Below, piece by piece: positions 19,044-28,877 of a stretch of 64,000 bases of DNA. The stretch is from positions 320,001 through 384,000 of the forward strand of contig CAWGJT010000014.1 in assembly GCA_963822965.1 (NCBI GenBank), read 5' to 3'. A model generated the notes under the pieces. That model saw nothing but the letters and a program-made list of their open reading frames with translations, was not told the DNA's origin and searched no databases. This DNA is from an uncultured delta proteobacterium (GTDB taxonomy: Bacteria; Myxococcota_A; UBA9160; UBA4427). The position numbers and the translations under genes were made by a program. The first letter of the stretch is position 1; every line of letters starts with the position of its first letter.

Positions 19044-21195
19044 GCCGGGCGGCACGCCCGAGCCCTCGCTCGCCCTCTCGGGCTACGGCTGGACGCCGCC
19101 CGGCGCCAGCTCGCCCGTGCTGGAAGACGTGACCCTGCAGGTCGCGCCCGGCGAGTGCGTGCTGCTCGCGGGTGCCACCGGCTCCGGCAAGAGCACGCTC
19201 CTGCGAGCGATCGCGGGTGCGTTGCCGCCGGGCGGTACGGCACGGGGAAGCCTGCACGTGGCGGGTCGCGCGGCACTGCTGTTCCAGGACGTGGACACGC
19301 AGCTTCTCTTCAGCACCGTCGCGGAGGAGGTGGCCTCCGGGATCCGCGGCGCGGTCGGCGCCGCGCAGCGAGCCGCTCGGGTGGAGGCGGCCCTCGCCGG
19401 GGTGGGCCTGGCGGGCTTTGCCGAACGCCCGGTGGTGGACCTCTCGGCGGGCGAGCGCCAGCGGGTGGTGCTGGCTGCGCTGCTCGCGAGCGAGCCGTCC
19501 GTGCTGCTCCTCGACGAGCCGACCAGCGCTCTCGACCCGCCGGGGCGTGCGCGGCTCGTGGCAGCGCTGGCGGGCCTCAAGGCCCTTGGACACAGCCTGC
19601 TCATCGCCGAGCACCTGATGGCTCCTTTCCGGGAGCTCGCGGACCGCTGCTTCGTCGTGCAGGGCGGACGCGTCCTTCCGGGCTCGGTGACTCGCGCGGT
19701 CGCCGCGCCGGCGCCGCCCGCGCCCGCGGCCGACCCGGGCACGCCGGTGCTGCTTCGCTGGGACGGGGTCGAGGTCTGCGACGCCGACGGGCGCACCCGC
19801 CTGTCTGCCACGGACCTCTGCGTGCATCGCGGCGAGAGACTGGTCGTGAGCGGGCCCAACGGCTCGGGGAAGACCACGCTGCTCCACGTGCTGGCGGGGC
19901 TCACGGCCCCCTCCCGGGGCCGCGTCGATCGGGATGACGCGCTGCTGGCTTCCGGCGGCGAGCCGCGGCGCGTGGCGCCGGGTCGGGTAGCGCTGGTCCT
20001 CCAGAACCCACCCCGCAACCTCTTCGCACGCAGCGTCGCCGAGGAGCTGGCCTTCACGCTCTCCCGCACCGGCTGGCCCGCCGCGGCCGTGGAGCCCCGG
20101 GTGCGCGAGCTGCTCGACGCCTGCGGGCTCGCCGGCGTCCGGGAGCGCTCGCCGCTGCGCCTCTCGTTCGGTGAGCAGCATTGCGTGGCGATCGCCGCCG
20201 CCCTCGCTTCGCGTCCTGCTCTGCTACTCCTCGACGAGCCCTTCGCCGGTCTCGATGCAGGCATGCGAGGTCGGCTCCTCGCACGGGTCGGCCGCGAGCA
20301 GGCGCGCACCGGCATGGCCGTCGTGATCGCGACCCACGATGCCACCGGGCTCGAAGCCTGGTCCCGCCGACGGCTCGTCCTGGGCGCGACGCGCGCAGAG
20401 CGACCTTCGCGAGATTCGCGAGACGGCGCCGCCGTGTACGTCCCGTTCCGGCCGGACCGCGCCGATGCGGCCCCGCCCCCCGCCGGGCGACCGGTGTCGG
20501 CGCCCGGTCGGGCCTGGCACTACCGGGACACCGGCTCGCCCCTGCATCGTCTCGGTGTCGGTTGGAAGCTCCTCGGCGTGATCCTGGGCGGCGTCGCGGC
20601 GGTCGCCGCGCACACACCCCTGGCGCTGGCGGCGCTGCTGGCCGCCTGGCTTGCGGGCTACGCGCTCGCCCGGCTTCGCGTCTCGGAGCTCTGGCAGGAC
20701 ACCCGCTGGCTGCTGGTCCAGGCCGCCGTGATCGTCGCGCTCTCCATGTTGCGCGACGGATCGGAAGGTGCGGCGACGGGCCTGCGCGCGGCCTGTCAGA
20801 TCGCGCTGTTCTTCCTGCCCGGGGCGCTGCTCCTGCGGACCACTCCCACGGGCCGCATGCTGGAGAGCGTCGAACGGCTGCTGCCGCCGAGACTCGCCTT
20901 CGCGCTGGCCACCAGCCTGCGCTTCGTGCCCTTCTTCGCGAGAGAGCTGCACGAGATCATCTCGGTTCAGCACCTGCGGGGGGCCCTGCTGGCGCGTCGC
21001 GACCTCTGGCGCCTGCAGGCGTGGCGCGACGCAGTGGAGTGCGCCGGCGTTCCGCTGGCCGTACGTCTGATCCATACTGCGGGTGAGGTCGCCCGCGCCG
21101 CGGAGACGCGCGGCATCGCGGAGGGGCCGCCCGAGGTGAGCGAGGCGAGCGAGGAAAGCAAGGCAAGCGAGAAAGGCGAGGAGAGGTCTTCATGA
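19018..21195 (+). CDS. ECF transporter fusion: two ABC ATPase domains plus an EcfT transmembrane domain
   Basis: Walker A GATGSGKST and GPNGSGKTT, LSAGERQR and LSFGEQH, DEP x2; C-terminal SPLHRL...LRFVP...RG and AETRG motifs of EcfT/CbiQ. Confidence 0.85.
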   Translation: MAASTFASEPGGTPEPSLALSGYGWTPPGASSPVLEDVTLQVAPGECVLLAGATGSGKSTLLRAIAGALPPGGTARGSLHVAGRAALLFQDVDTQLLFSTVAEEVASGIRGAVGAAQRAARVEAALAGVGLAGFAERPVVDLSAGERQRVVLAALLASEPSVLLLDEPTSALDPPGRARLVAALAGLKALGHSLLIAEHLMAPFRELADRCFVVQGGRVLPGSVTRAVAAPAPPAPAADPGTPVLLRWDGVEVCDADGRTRLSATDLCVHRGERLVVSGPNGSGKTTLLHVLAGLTAPSRGRVDRDDALLASGGEPRRVAPGRVALVLQNPPRNLFARSVAEELAFTLSRTGWPAAAVEPRVRELLDACGLAGVRERSPLRLSFGEQHCVAIAAALASRPALLLLDEPFAGLDAGMRGRLLARVGREQARTGMAVVIATHDATGLEAWSRRRLVLGATRAERPSRDSRDGAAVYVPFRPDRADAAPPPAGRPVSAPGRAWHYRDTGSPLHRLGVGWKLLGVILGGVAAVAAHTPLALAALLAAWLAGYALARLRVSELWQDTRWLLVQAAVIVALSMLRDGSEGAATGLRAACQIALFFLPGALLLRTTPTGRMLESVERLLPPRLAFALATSLRFVPFFARELHEIISVQHLRGALLARRDLWRLQAWRDAVECAGVPLAVRLIHTAGEVARAAETRGIAEGPPEVSEASEESKASEKGEERSS

Positions 21196-21917
21196 ACGTG
21201 CGCTGGCTGGTCTGCATCGACGACACCGACAACGAGGACAGCATCGGAACCGGGAAGCTGGCGCGCTGGCTGGGCGCTTCGCTGCAGGAGCGCGGTCTGC
21301 TCCACGGTGAGCTCTCCGTCACCCGGCATCAGCTGCTCGTCCATCCCGACATCCCCTACACGTCTCACAACAGCTCGGCGTGCATCGAGGCCTGGGGCGG
21401 CGAGGATGCCGGCGCGCTCCTGGACGCGGCGCGCGACTACCTGAAGCAGAACTGGCACGAAGGAGCGAACCCGGGCCTCTGCGTGATCCACGCGGACGCG
21501 GTGCCGCCGGCCCTGGTGACGATCGCCCGGTCGGCACAACGCGAGGTGCTCGACCTGGACGCGTTCGACCGCGCGGTCCGTCCGTTGCAGCTGGCGCTGT
21601 GGTCCTGGGGCGAGACCGGGCAGGGTCGTATCGGCGCGTGCTCGGGGGCGGCGCTGCGCAGCACCGGCGAGGACGGTCGCTTCATCGGCCTGCGCGGCAT
21701 TCGCGATCTCACCGGCTGTCTGCCCGTGCGGGAGATCTGTGCGCGCTCCGGGGTGGACGAGGTGCGGCTCGTGGGAGGCGACGCGCTCGCTGGGGACACC
21801 GAGATCGACACCCGCGACTGGGTACGGCCGTCGTTGCTGGGCGGACGGGCGGTGTTCTTCGTGCGCGAGGAGGCGGGCCGGCTCGTCCCCGCCGAGAAGC
21901 GCTCCAAGGACGACTGA
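21192..21917 (+). CDS. TiaS N-terminal-like (DDTD motif) protein of unknown function
   Basis: CIDDTDN..SIGTG, RHQLLVHPDIPYTSHNSSAC, ANPGLC, GQGRIGA; no OB-fold or Zn-ribbon of full TiaS. Confidence 0.7.
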   Translation: MNVRWLVCIDDTDNEDSIGTGKLARWLGASLQERGLLHGELSVTRHQLLVHPDIPYTSHNSSACIEAWGGEDAGALLDAARDYLKQNWHEGANPGLCVIHADAVPPALVTIARSAQREVLDLDAFDRAVRPLQLALWSWGETGQGRIGACSGAALRSTGEDGRFIGLRGIRDLTGCLPVREICARSGVDEVRLVGGDALAGDTEIDTRDWVRPSLLGGRAVFFVREEAGRLVPAEKRSKDD

Positions 21918-22465
21918 TGCCTGGTCGGGGGCTCGGCCTCCGCGATCTCGATACGCGCGAAGCGCTGCTGCTGGCGTTCTTCGCCACGTTCATCGTGCTC
22001 GCGCGTGCCGCCATGCGCTGGCATCTGCACGTCCCCGGGCACTCGATGCTCGCCGCCGGGCTGCTTCTGGTACTGGCGCGGGCTTGCGTGGACCGCAGGG
22101 CGGCCGCGACCGTCGTGGGAACGCTCGCGGGTCTCGCCTGCGCAGCCATCGGCATGGGCAGCGCCGGTCCGCTTCTGGTGTTGAAGCTGGCCCTTCCGGG
22201 CGTGGCGGTGGACCTGGGATGGAAGCTGCTTCCCCTGCGCATGCCCCATCTGTTGCGTGGGGCGTTGCTCGGTGCCTTCGCCGGGGCGACGGACTTCGTC
22301 CCCGTGCTCATCGTCGAAGGGCTCGCGGGCGTTGCGGCTCCGGTGGTCGCGGGCCACGCGCTGCTCGCGGCCGGGACCAAGGCCGCCTTCGGGGCCGTGG
22401 GGGGCTGCGCGGCGCTGGCCATCGCGGAACGCCTACGGCACCACGGCGTCATCGCGCCCACCTGA
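21917..22465 (+). CDS. Putative ECF substrate-specific (S) component
   Basis: 182 aa, 5-6 hydrophobic segments, HLHVPGHS loop, last gene of the ECF operon, TGATG coupling. Confidence 0.65.
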   Translation: MPGRGLGLRDLDTREALLLAFFATFIVLARAAMRWHLHVPGHSMLAAGLLLVLARACVDRRAAATVVGTLAGLACAAIGMGSAGPLLVLKLALPGVAVDLGWKLLPLRMPHLLRGALLGAFAGATDFVPVLIVEGLAGVAAPVVAGHALLAAGTKAAFGAVGGCAALAIAERLRHHGVIAPT

Positions 22466-23524
22466 GGGCGAGCCGGTCCCCCGCGCCGGCGAGGCGAGGT
22501 CCTCTGCTGCGAGCGCCCCGGTTCGGGTGAGCGTCTCGACGATGGCACGCGCGGCCAGCTCGTGGCCGCGGGCGTTCCAGTGTCCGTCGCGGCCGAATCG
22601 GATCCGCGCGAGCTCGGCCGGATCCCGCGGAAAGCCGCTCCTCAGATCCGGAACGTCGAACGGGGACACGTCCACCCGGTAGGCGCCGGCCCCACACTCC
22701 TCGGGGGTCGGCAGGAAGAGCAGGGCGAATCGCGCGCCGTGGCGCTGCGCGACGCCGCGCGCCAGCTCGACGATGATGTGCGCGTCCTCCGCGGTGTGAG
22801 GCGGCCACAGCCAGTGAGCGATCCGCCGGATGCTCGCGCCCGTGTACTTCGCGTGGTAGAGGATCGCCTTCACGCGGTTGGACGGCGTGTCCAGGCGGGC
22901 GGTCACCAGCTCGCCGTCCCGCAGATCGGGACAGGCCTCGACCCGGCGCTTCGCCATCCGGCCGAAGAGGAACCGCGAGAGATAGGCGAACTCCGGCAGC
23001 GTCCGCTCGATGTCGTTCGAGATGGGGGTGAAGAGGACGAGGTCGCCCGGCTGGACGCGGTCCTGCAGCTCGACGAGCCGCTGCAGCTCCTGGGGAAGGC
23101 CGTAGGCGGCGACGCCGGCGTTCATCACGTGTACGTCCGGGGCGAGCCACTCCCGAGCCAGCACGCTCGGCCAGGCTTCGTCGTCCTCCACGCCCACGCC
23201 GAACGTGAAGGAGTCGCCGAACGCCCAGACGCGCCGCCTCGCCGCGCCCCGGTTCGGCACCCGGCGAAGCCCGTCGGCGTCGATCCCGTAGACGACGTCG
23301 AAGCTCCCCGGGCTCTGGTGCCGGCCCGTGGCGCCCGGCACCGGCGCCCAGCCCAGGCGCGGGTGCGGGGCGTAGACGCTCTGGATCGCCTCGTCCGGGT
23401 TCGGGTGCGCCATCCCTCGGTATCCGAGATACGCGTCGACGCCGAACAGGCTGGCCACCAGCGCGACGGTGGCGGCGACCGGTGCGAGGCGGGTCCATCG
23501 CGTGCCGGGCTCGCTCGTCACCAC
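22433..23524 (-). CDS. SGNH/GDSL hydrolase family protein
   Basis: N-terminal TM, FGDSFTFG, NAGVAAYG..QE, DGHWN..GH. Confidence 0.85.
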   Translation of the reverse strand: MVTSEPGTRWTRLAPVAATVALVASLFGVDAYLGYRGMAHPNPDEAIQSVYAPHPRLGWAPVPGATGRHQSPGSFDVVYGIDADGLRRVPNRGAARRRVWAFGDSFTFGVGVEDDEAWPSVLAREWLAPDVHVMNAGVAAYGLPQELQRLVELQDRVQPGDLVLFTPISNDIERTLPEFAYLSRFLFGRMAKRRVEACPDLRDGELVTARLDTPSNRVKAILYHAKYTGASIRRIAHWLWPPHTAEDAHIIVELARGVAQRHGARFALLFLPTPEECGAGAYRVDVSPFDVPDLRSGFPRDPAELARIRFGRDGHWNARGHELAARAIVETLTRTGALAAEDLASPARGTGSPSGGRDDAVVP

Positions 23525-23579
23525 GCGACGTCTCCCAGGGCCGAGCGGAAATCCCGCCCGTCGCCCGATCTCTCGGCCC

Positions 23580-25277
23580 CTACCGCTCGCAGCGGCTGTA
23601 GCTCAGGGCGCACTGCGAGGCGCACGTCATCTGCTGCATGTAGGCGGGGTCGCCGATGAGCTTCATCTTCTCGGCGTTCGACAGCTCCCGCAGCGCCTCG
23701 AGCTTCTCCTGCAGGGCGACGAACTCCTCGCAGCTGCAGCTGCATCCGTCGCCGGGCGGCGCGGGGGCCTGCGCCGGCTTCGGAGGGGGCGGGGTCGCGG
23801 GCGCCGTGGGGCGGCGGTCGGCCTCCGCAGGCGGGGCGGCCGTCGCCGGCGCGAGCGGTTCCCCTGCAGCCGGGTCCACGAGCTCGACCTGCAGCAGCGT
23901 CCTCGCGTGCTCGGTGCTCCAGCGGTGACCGACCAGCCAGGGCGTGGACGCGGTGCCCGCCATCGCTTCGAGCTTTCCCGCGCTCACGCCCAGGGGCACC
24001 GTCGAGGTCGCCTCACCCGAGGCGTCCACCCTCGTCACGTGGAGGTGCGTGTCCGGCGTGCCCTTCGGATCCCGCTCGCCCACGAGCAGGAAGCCCCCGT
24101 CGGCGGTGGGGAGGAAGTCCTCGAAGTCCCGTGCGCCCAGCCGCTCGGCCAGCCCGCCGAGATACACCTCGCGGCGCAGCGATCCATCGGAGCCGATCTC
24201 CAGGTAGTACGGGCCGCCGGCGGGAGGCACGCGGTCCCGGCGCACGGTCTTCGATGCCAGCATCGCGTACCCGGCGGGCGTCGTCTTGACGAGTGGGGAG
24301 TCGGTGGTGTTCGACGGGTTGGGCCGAAGGGATCGGGTACCGTACTCGAGGCCCAGCTCCTCCTGCAGCTTCCGCTGGGCTTCGACCTGCCGCATCTGCT
24401 CTTCGAAGGGCAGGTCGCGGGGAACCTGGAGATCCCCCTTCCACAGGAAGACGCGTTCCAGGGCCGGCGACACCCAGCGCATGCCGCCGTTCGGACCGAC
24501 GAGCAGCATGCGCGTCTCCGAGTGGACCTCGGCCACCAGGGTGCGGCCCGCGAGAGGGCGCTCGATCGGGTTCTCGATGTCGGTCTCGAGGCGCGTCACC
24601 CCGCGCGAGAGCGACGAGGTCACCGTCAGACCGATGCCGCCGCCCCGCACCGGGAAGACGCTGGTGAATCCCACCTTGGCGCCGCCGCGGTCGAAGCGGC
24701 CTTCGGCCAGCACCTGTCCCGTGGGAGACAGCTTGCGCCAGGCGATGCCGACCCACTCGCCGCGGTCGTCGTGGGCATCGGCGTCGACGACGAACAGGTT
24801 GCCGTCGTCGCTGGGACCGATGTTCGGGAAGCCCAGCTCCACCCGGGGCAGCGTCGGCAGCGCGGTCGACGAGCGCACCGAGCCGTCCCGCGCAGACCAG
24901 AGCTCCAGCGACTGCGGGCCCGAGCCCGGCGGACCCGGGGCCGGAACGGCGAGCACCTCGTCGTGGCCGCGCCGCAGAAGCAGCGCGCCGAAGGCCCGTT
25001 GGCCGCTGGCCAGGCGCCGCTGCTCGACGCGGCCGTCGGCGTGAAGGTCGGCCTCGTAGACGTTGATCGTCCAGCCCTCCGGATCCCCCGCGCGCTGCGC
25101 CAGCGACGGCATCGTCTGGTAGAGGACGCGGACCGTCTCGCCCCGGCGATCGACGTCGGCCAGGAAGTAGACCTCCATCGTGTCGGGGCGCTCCACCAGG
25201 CGGGGAGCCGCCAGCGCCCAGGTCGCGACCAGCAGGAGCGGTGCGGATACGGAGAGAGTGCGAGTGGCTCGAGACAT
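23580..25277 (-). CDS. Secreted hypothetical protein with beta-rich core, Pro/Ala linker and C-terminal six-Cys domain
   Basis: Signal peptide MSRATRTLSVSAPLLLVATWALA; TAGAAT upstream; CSCSC...CASQC...YSRC. Confidence 0.7.
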   Translation of the reverse strand: MSRATRTLSVSAPLLLVATWALAAPRLVERPDTMEVYFLADVDRRGETVRVLYQTMPSLAQRAGDPEGWTINVYEADLHADGRVEQRRLASGQRAFGALLLRRGHDEVLAVPAPGPPGSGPQSLELWSARDGSVRSSTALPTLPRVELGFPNIGPSDDGNLFVVDADAHDDRGEWVGIAWRKLSPTGQVLAEGRFDRGGAKVGFTSVFPVRGGGIGLTVTSSLSRGVTRLETDIENPIERPLAGRTLVAEVHSETRMLLVGPNGGMRWVSPALERVFLWKGDLQVPRDLPFEEQMRQVEAQRKLQEELGLEYGTRSLRPNPSNTTDSPLVKTTPAGYAMLASKTVRRDRVPPAGGPYYLEIGSDGSLRREVYLGGLAERLGARDFEDFLPTADGGFLLVGERDPKGTPDTHLHVTRVDASGEATSTVPLGVSAGKLEAMAGTASTPWLVGHRWSTEHARTLLQVELVDPAAGEPLAPATAAPPAEADRRPTAPATPPPPKPAQAPAPPGDGCSCSCEEFVALQEKLEALRELSNAEKMKLIGDPAYMQQMTCASQCALSYSRCER

Positions 25278-25430
25278 GCCTGGCCTGGATTCTACGGCTT
25301 CTCTTCGAGCTCCCGCCTGCCCCTGCGCCCTCCTTCTGCACCGGACGACAGGGGCGGACGGCCGCGCCGGTCGACGGGGTCGGATGGTCCCTGGGAGGCC
25401 TGTGTGCGAGCATACGCGCCGGAGGAGCCG

Positions 25431-26604
25431 ATGCCCGGTGCGCTCGTGGATGCGATGGTGGCCGGCCGGCTCGCACTGCGCGCCCTGGGCCGCCGGGCGC
25501 GCGGGGAGCTCGAGTCTTCCCCGGACCTCTCGGGCTTTCGGCGCGAGCTGGAGAACGCGCTCTCGCAGCTGCCGCACGACGTCGCCCTGGACGTCCAGTG
25601 GATCGACCTGCCCGCTCGCGAGCCGCCCTGGCGCGACTCGGGGATCGAGCTGGCCGCGGGCGACGCGGTCTCCTACTTCGCCGTGGGGCGGGTGTACGCG
25701 TCCCGGCCGCTGGACATCTGGATCGCTCCGAAGAACCAGATCTGGGCCCGCATCGGGAAGGAGGGCCCCATCGTCTCGAGCTCCCGCGACAGCAACACGC
25801 TGGTCGCGGAGCGCCCCGGGCGCCTCTACTTCGGCAACTACTTCCCCAACGACTGGGCCGATCCGTCGGGTGCCACCCTGCAGGACGACGCCGTCTACGG
25901 CAGCGTCGAGGGCGGAGACCTGTATCGCGGTGGTCCGCTGGGCCGGGTCGGCACGAGAAGGGCTCGAAGCGCTGCGGAAGGCCGGGGACCCCGCGAGCCT
26001 CGTCAGCGGGGAGATCGAGCGCCTCGACCGCGGCACCGGTGCACCCGACGGCTGGCACTACCTGTGGCACCTCGGCGACGCCGAGATCTTCCGTCCCATC
26101 GTGGCGCCCGACGGCACGCGGGCAATCGGATGCTCGGTGCGGGGGGACGTCGGCATCCTGCAGAAGGACGTCGATCTCGCTCTCACGCCCGGGACGTCTC
26201 TCTCCTGGCGCTGGAAGGTGGACCACGTTCCCGGACTCGTGCGCGAGGACAGCGTGCCCAGCCACGACTACCTCAGCATCGCGGTGGAGTTCGACGACGG
26301 CCGGGACATCACCTACTACTGGAGCTGCTCGCTTGCCCCGGGCACCGGCTTCGTGTGCCCGCTCCCGAACTGGAAGCACCGGGAGTTCCACGTGGTCGTG
26401 CGCCAGGGCCGTGAGGGGATGGGCGTCTGGCATGCCGAGACGCGCGACCTCCACGCCGACTACGCGCACTACATGGGTACGCCGCCGCGTCGCATCGTGC
26501 GGGTCTGGCTCATCGCCAACAGCATCTTCCAGCGCCAGCCGGGAGACTGCGCGTTCGCGGACATCCGATTGCACGGGGACGGGCGGACGCTCGACGTCAC
26601 GTAG
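25431..26604 (+). CDS. DUF3047 domain-containing protein, frameshift near 25915
   Basis: GGAGGAG SD; LSWRWKVD...EDSVPSHDYLSIAVEFDDGRDITYYWS...VWLIANS. Confidence 0.75.
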
Positions 26605-26620
26605 GCGGTAGCGTGCGGGA

Positions 26621-27385
26621 CTACTCGGCCCTGGGAGGCTCGAGCAGGGGTTCGAAGCTGCGCGTGACGGCCTCCTCGAGCAGCTCGCGATCCCGGAACA
26701 GGTCGTTTCGGTGCGACCCCTGGATGCTCACACCGCCGACGGTCCCGACGCCGCTCATGCGGTATTGCTCGATCGGTTCGAGCCCCACGTAGCGCTCGAA
26801 GACGCGCGTGCCATCCGGAGTCAGGATCGTCATCCGGAGGGACGTGCCGAGGCCCTTGCCCGCAATGCTGTGCACCTCCATCGTCGCGTTCCCATCGGTC
26901 TCGATGGGAACCGCGCGGGAGGCGCCGTCCCAGAGGAGCATGCGACCGGTGTAGTTCCCCTGACGGACGCGGAGTGCGGGCATGGCGATCACGTCGGCGG
27001 GATGGTCCGCCGCCAGGCGGCGTGCGAGCTCCGAGCGGATGCGCTCCGCACGCGCCGCGTCGTCGCCCTCGCCGCTCGGTGTCGCGATCGCGTGCAGCCG
27101 CTGCTCGACTTCGAAGCTCGAGACGCGCTCCGCCTCGCGCCCGGTCGCTTCCACGTAGGCCACCACGTCCCGCTCCAGCTCCTGGGCTCCCGAGACGTAG
27201 GGCGGGGCTGGATCGCCGCCCGCGTTCATGGGCACGATCAGAACCGTGTGGATCGACGCGGCCGGCGGTGCGTGCTCCGCGATGAAGGCGGCTCCCGACA
27301 TGCAGCCCGGCAGGAGCAGCGTCGTGCCGAGCGAGAGCAGAGCCCGCAGGAGGGGACGTCCCGTGTCGCGCTCGGCGTCGCGCAT
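26621..27385 (-). CDS. Hypothetical lipoprotein
   Basis: Lipobox LLLPGC; TAGATT 6 nt before ATG. Confidence 0.65.
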   Translation of the reverse strand: MRDAERDTGRPLLRALLSLGTTLLLPGCMSGAAFIAEHAPPAASIHTVLIVPMNAGGDPAPPYVSGAQELERDVVAYVEATGREAERVSSFEVEQRLHAIATPSGEGDDAARAERIRSELARRLAADHPADVIAMPALRVRQGNYTGRMLLWDGASRAVPIETDGNATMEVHSIAGKGLGTSLRMTILTPDGTRVFERYVGLEPIEQYRMSGVGTVGGVSIQGSHRNDLFRDRELLEEAVTRSFEPLLEPPRAE

Positions 27386-27444
27386 GAGGTCAATCTACCA
27401 CCGATCGATCCCGCCCCGGCGAGCCGAATCGCCGCCGGGTCCGC

Positions 27445-27545
27445 CTACTGCTTCACGCAATAGAGTCGGAGCAGCGTGGCACAGCCCTGGCCCGTTCCGA
27501 GCTCGGTCCAGGTGGTGTCCGTCGCGGCGCTGTCGCCGCGGCGGC
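27445..27545 (-). pseudogene. 3' remnant resembling a DUF1554/endostatin-like domain C-terminus
   Basis: GDSAATDTTWTELGTGQGCATLLRLYCVKQ-stop with no start or upstream body. Confidence 0.5.
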
Positions 27546-27552
27546 CGGGCTG

Positions 27553-27576
27553 GCGGCGCAAGTCGACTTGCGCCGC
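27553..27576. terminator. Perfect 24 bp palindrome just downstream of teaC
   Basis: GCGGCGCAAGTC|GACTTGCGCCGC; no U-tract. Confidence 0.55.
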
Positions 27577-27591
27577 GTCCGTCTCGTACGG

Positions 27592-28877
27592 CTACTGGTA
27601 TGCGAGGTCGCGCAGGAAGAGGGCCAGCGGCGGGAAGGCGATCAGCAGGATGGTGATGCCCACGAGGATCAGGATGAACGGGGGCGTGCCGCGGATCACC
27701 TCGAGGTAGGGGCGCCGGAAGACCGCCATCGCCGTGAAGATGTCGCAGCCGAAGGGTGGTGTCGCCGACCCGATCGCCGCCTGCAGGGTCACGAGGGTTC
27801 CCACCAGGACCGGATCGACGCCCGAGGCCGCGATCGCGGGCGAGAAGATGGGCGTGAGGATCATGATCACGACGATGGGGTCCACGAACATGCAGCCCGA
27901 CGAAGTAGGCGATGGAGATGGTGGCCAGCAGCTGGTACGGGCTCTGGGCGACGGTGTGCACGAAGTCGCCGAGCAGGGCGTCGGGGATCCGGGCGAAGGA
28001 GATCGCCCAGGAGAAGGCGGCGCCGGCCGCGACGAGGATGAACACCACCGCGGTCACCACCCCGGTCGAGACGGCGATCTCCGGGATCTCGCGCAGCCGC
28101 ACCGCGCGGAAGACCAATACCTCGAGCACCAGCGCGTAGAGCACGGACATGGCGGCGGCTTCGGTGGGGCTGAAGAAGCCGCTGTAGATGCCGCCGATGA
28201 CGATCACCGGGAAGCCCAGGGGCAGGCCCGCGCGCGCCAGGGCGCGGCGCCAGCTCGGCCCAGGTCGCCCGCTCCAGCGGGCGGACGCCGAAGCGCGGAT
28301 CGATGGCCCAGCAGTAGGCGGAGAACGCCGCCAGGATCAGCAGCCCCGGGCCGATGCCCGCGATGAAGAGCTCGCCGACCGAGGTTCCCGAGACGACTCC
28401 GTAGACGATCATGCCGATGCTGGGCGGGATCAGCAGCGCGATGTCGCTGGCGTTGATGACGAGCGCGATCGCGAAACGGTCCGGGTAGCCGTGTTCGAGG
28501 AGCCGGGGCCGAAGGGCGCCTCCCATCGCGACCACCGTCGCCTGGGTCGAGCCGGTGACCGACCCGAAGAGCGTGCACGAGAGCGCCGTCGTGATCGGCA
28601 GGCCGGCGCGCCGATGACCCACCGATCCCAGGACCAGGTCGAGCAGCCGTTCCGCGGTGTGCCCCCGGGTCATCAGGTCGGCGGCGAAGATGAACATCGG
28701 CACCGCCGTGAGCACCGCGGGCGTGACGCCCCCGATCATCTGCTGGACGAGGAGCGACGGGTCCACCGGCGCCAGGAACACGACCACGAGCACCAGGGCG
28801 GCCGCGAGCAGGGGCACCATCATCGGGAAGCCCGCCACCAGCAGCAGCACCAGGACCGCCACGACGACGCCGATCAC
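27592..28877 (-). CDS. teaC: TRAP transporter large permease (ectoine TeaC-like), frameshifted
   Basis: GSTQATVVAMG, NASDIALLIPPSIGMIVYG, GGIYSGFFSPTEAAA, IGSATPPFGCDIFTA. Confidence 0.88.
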
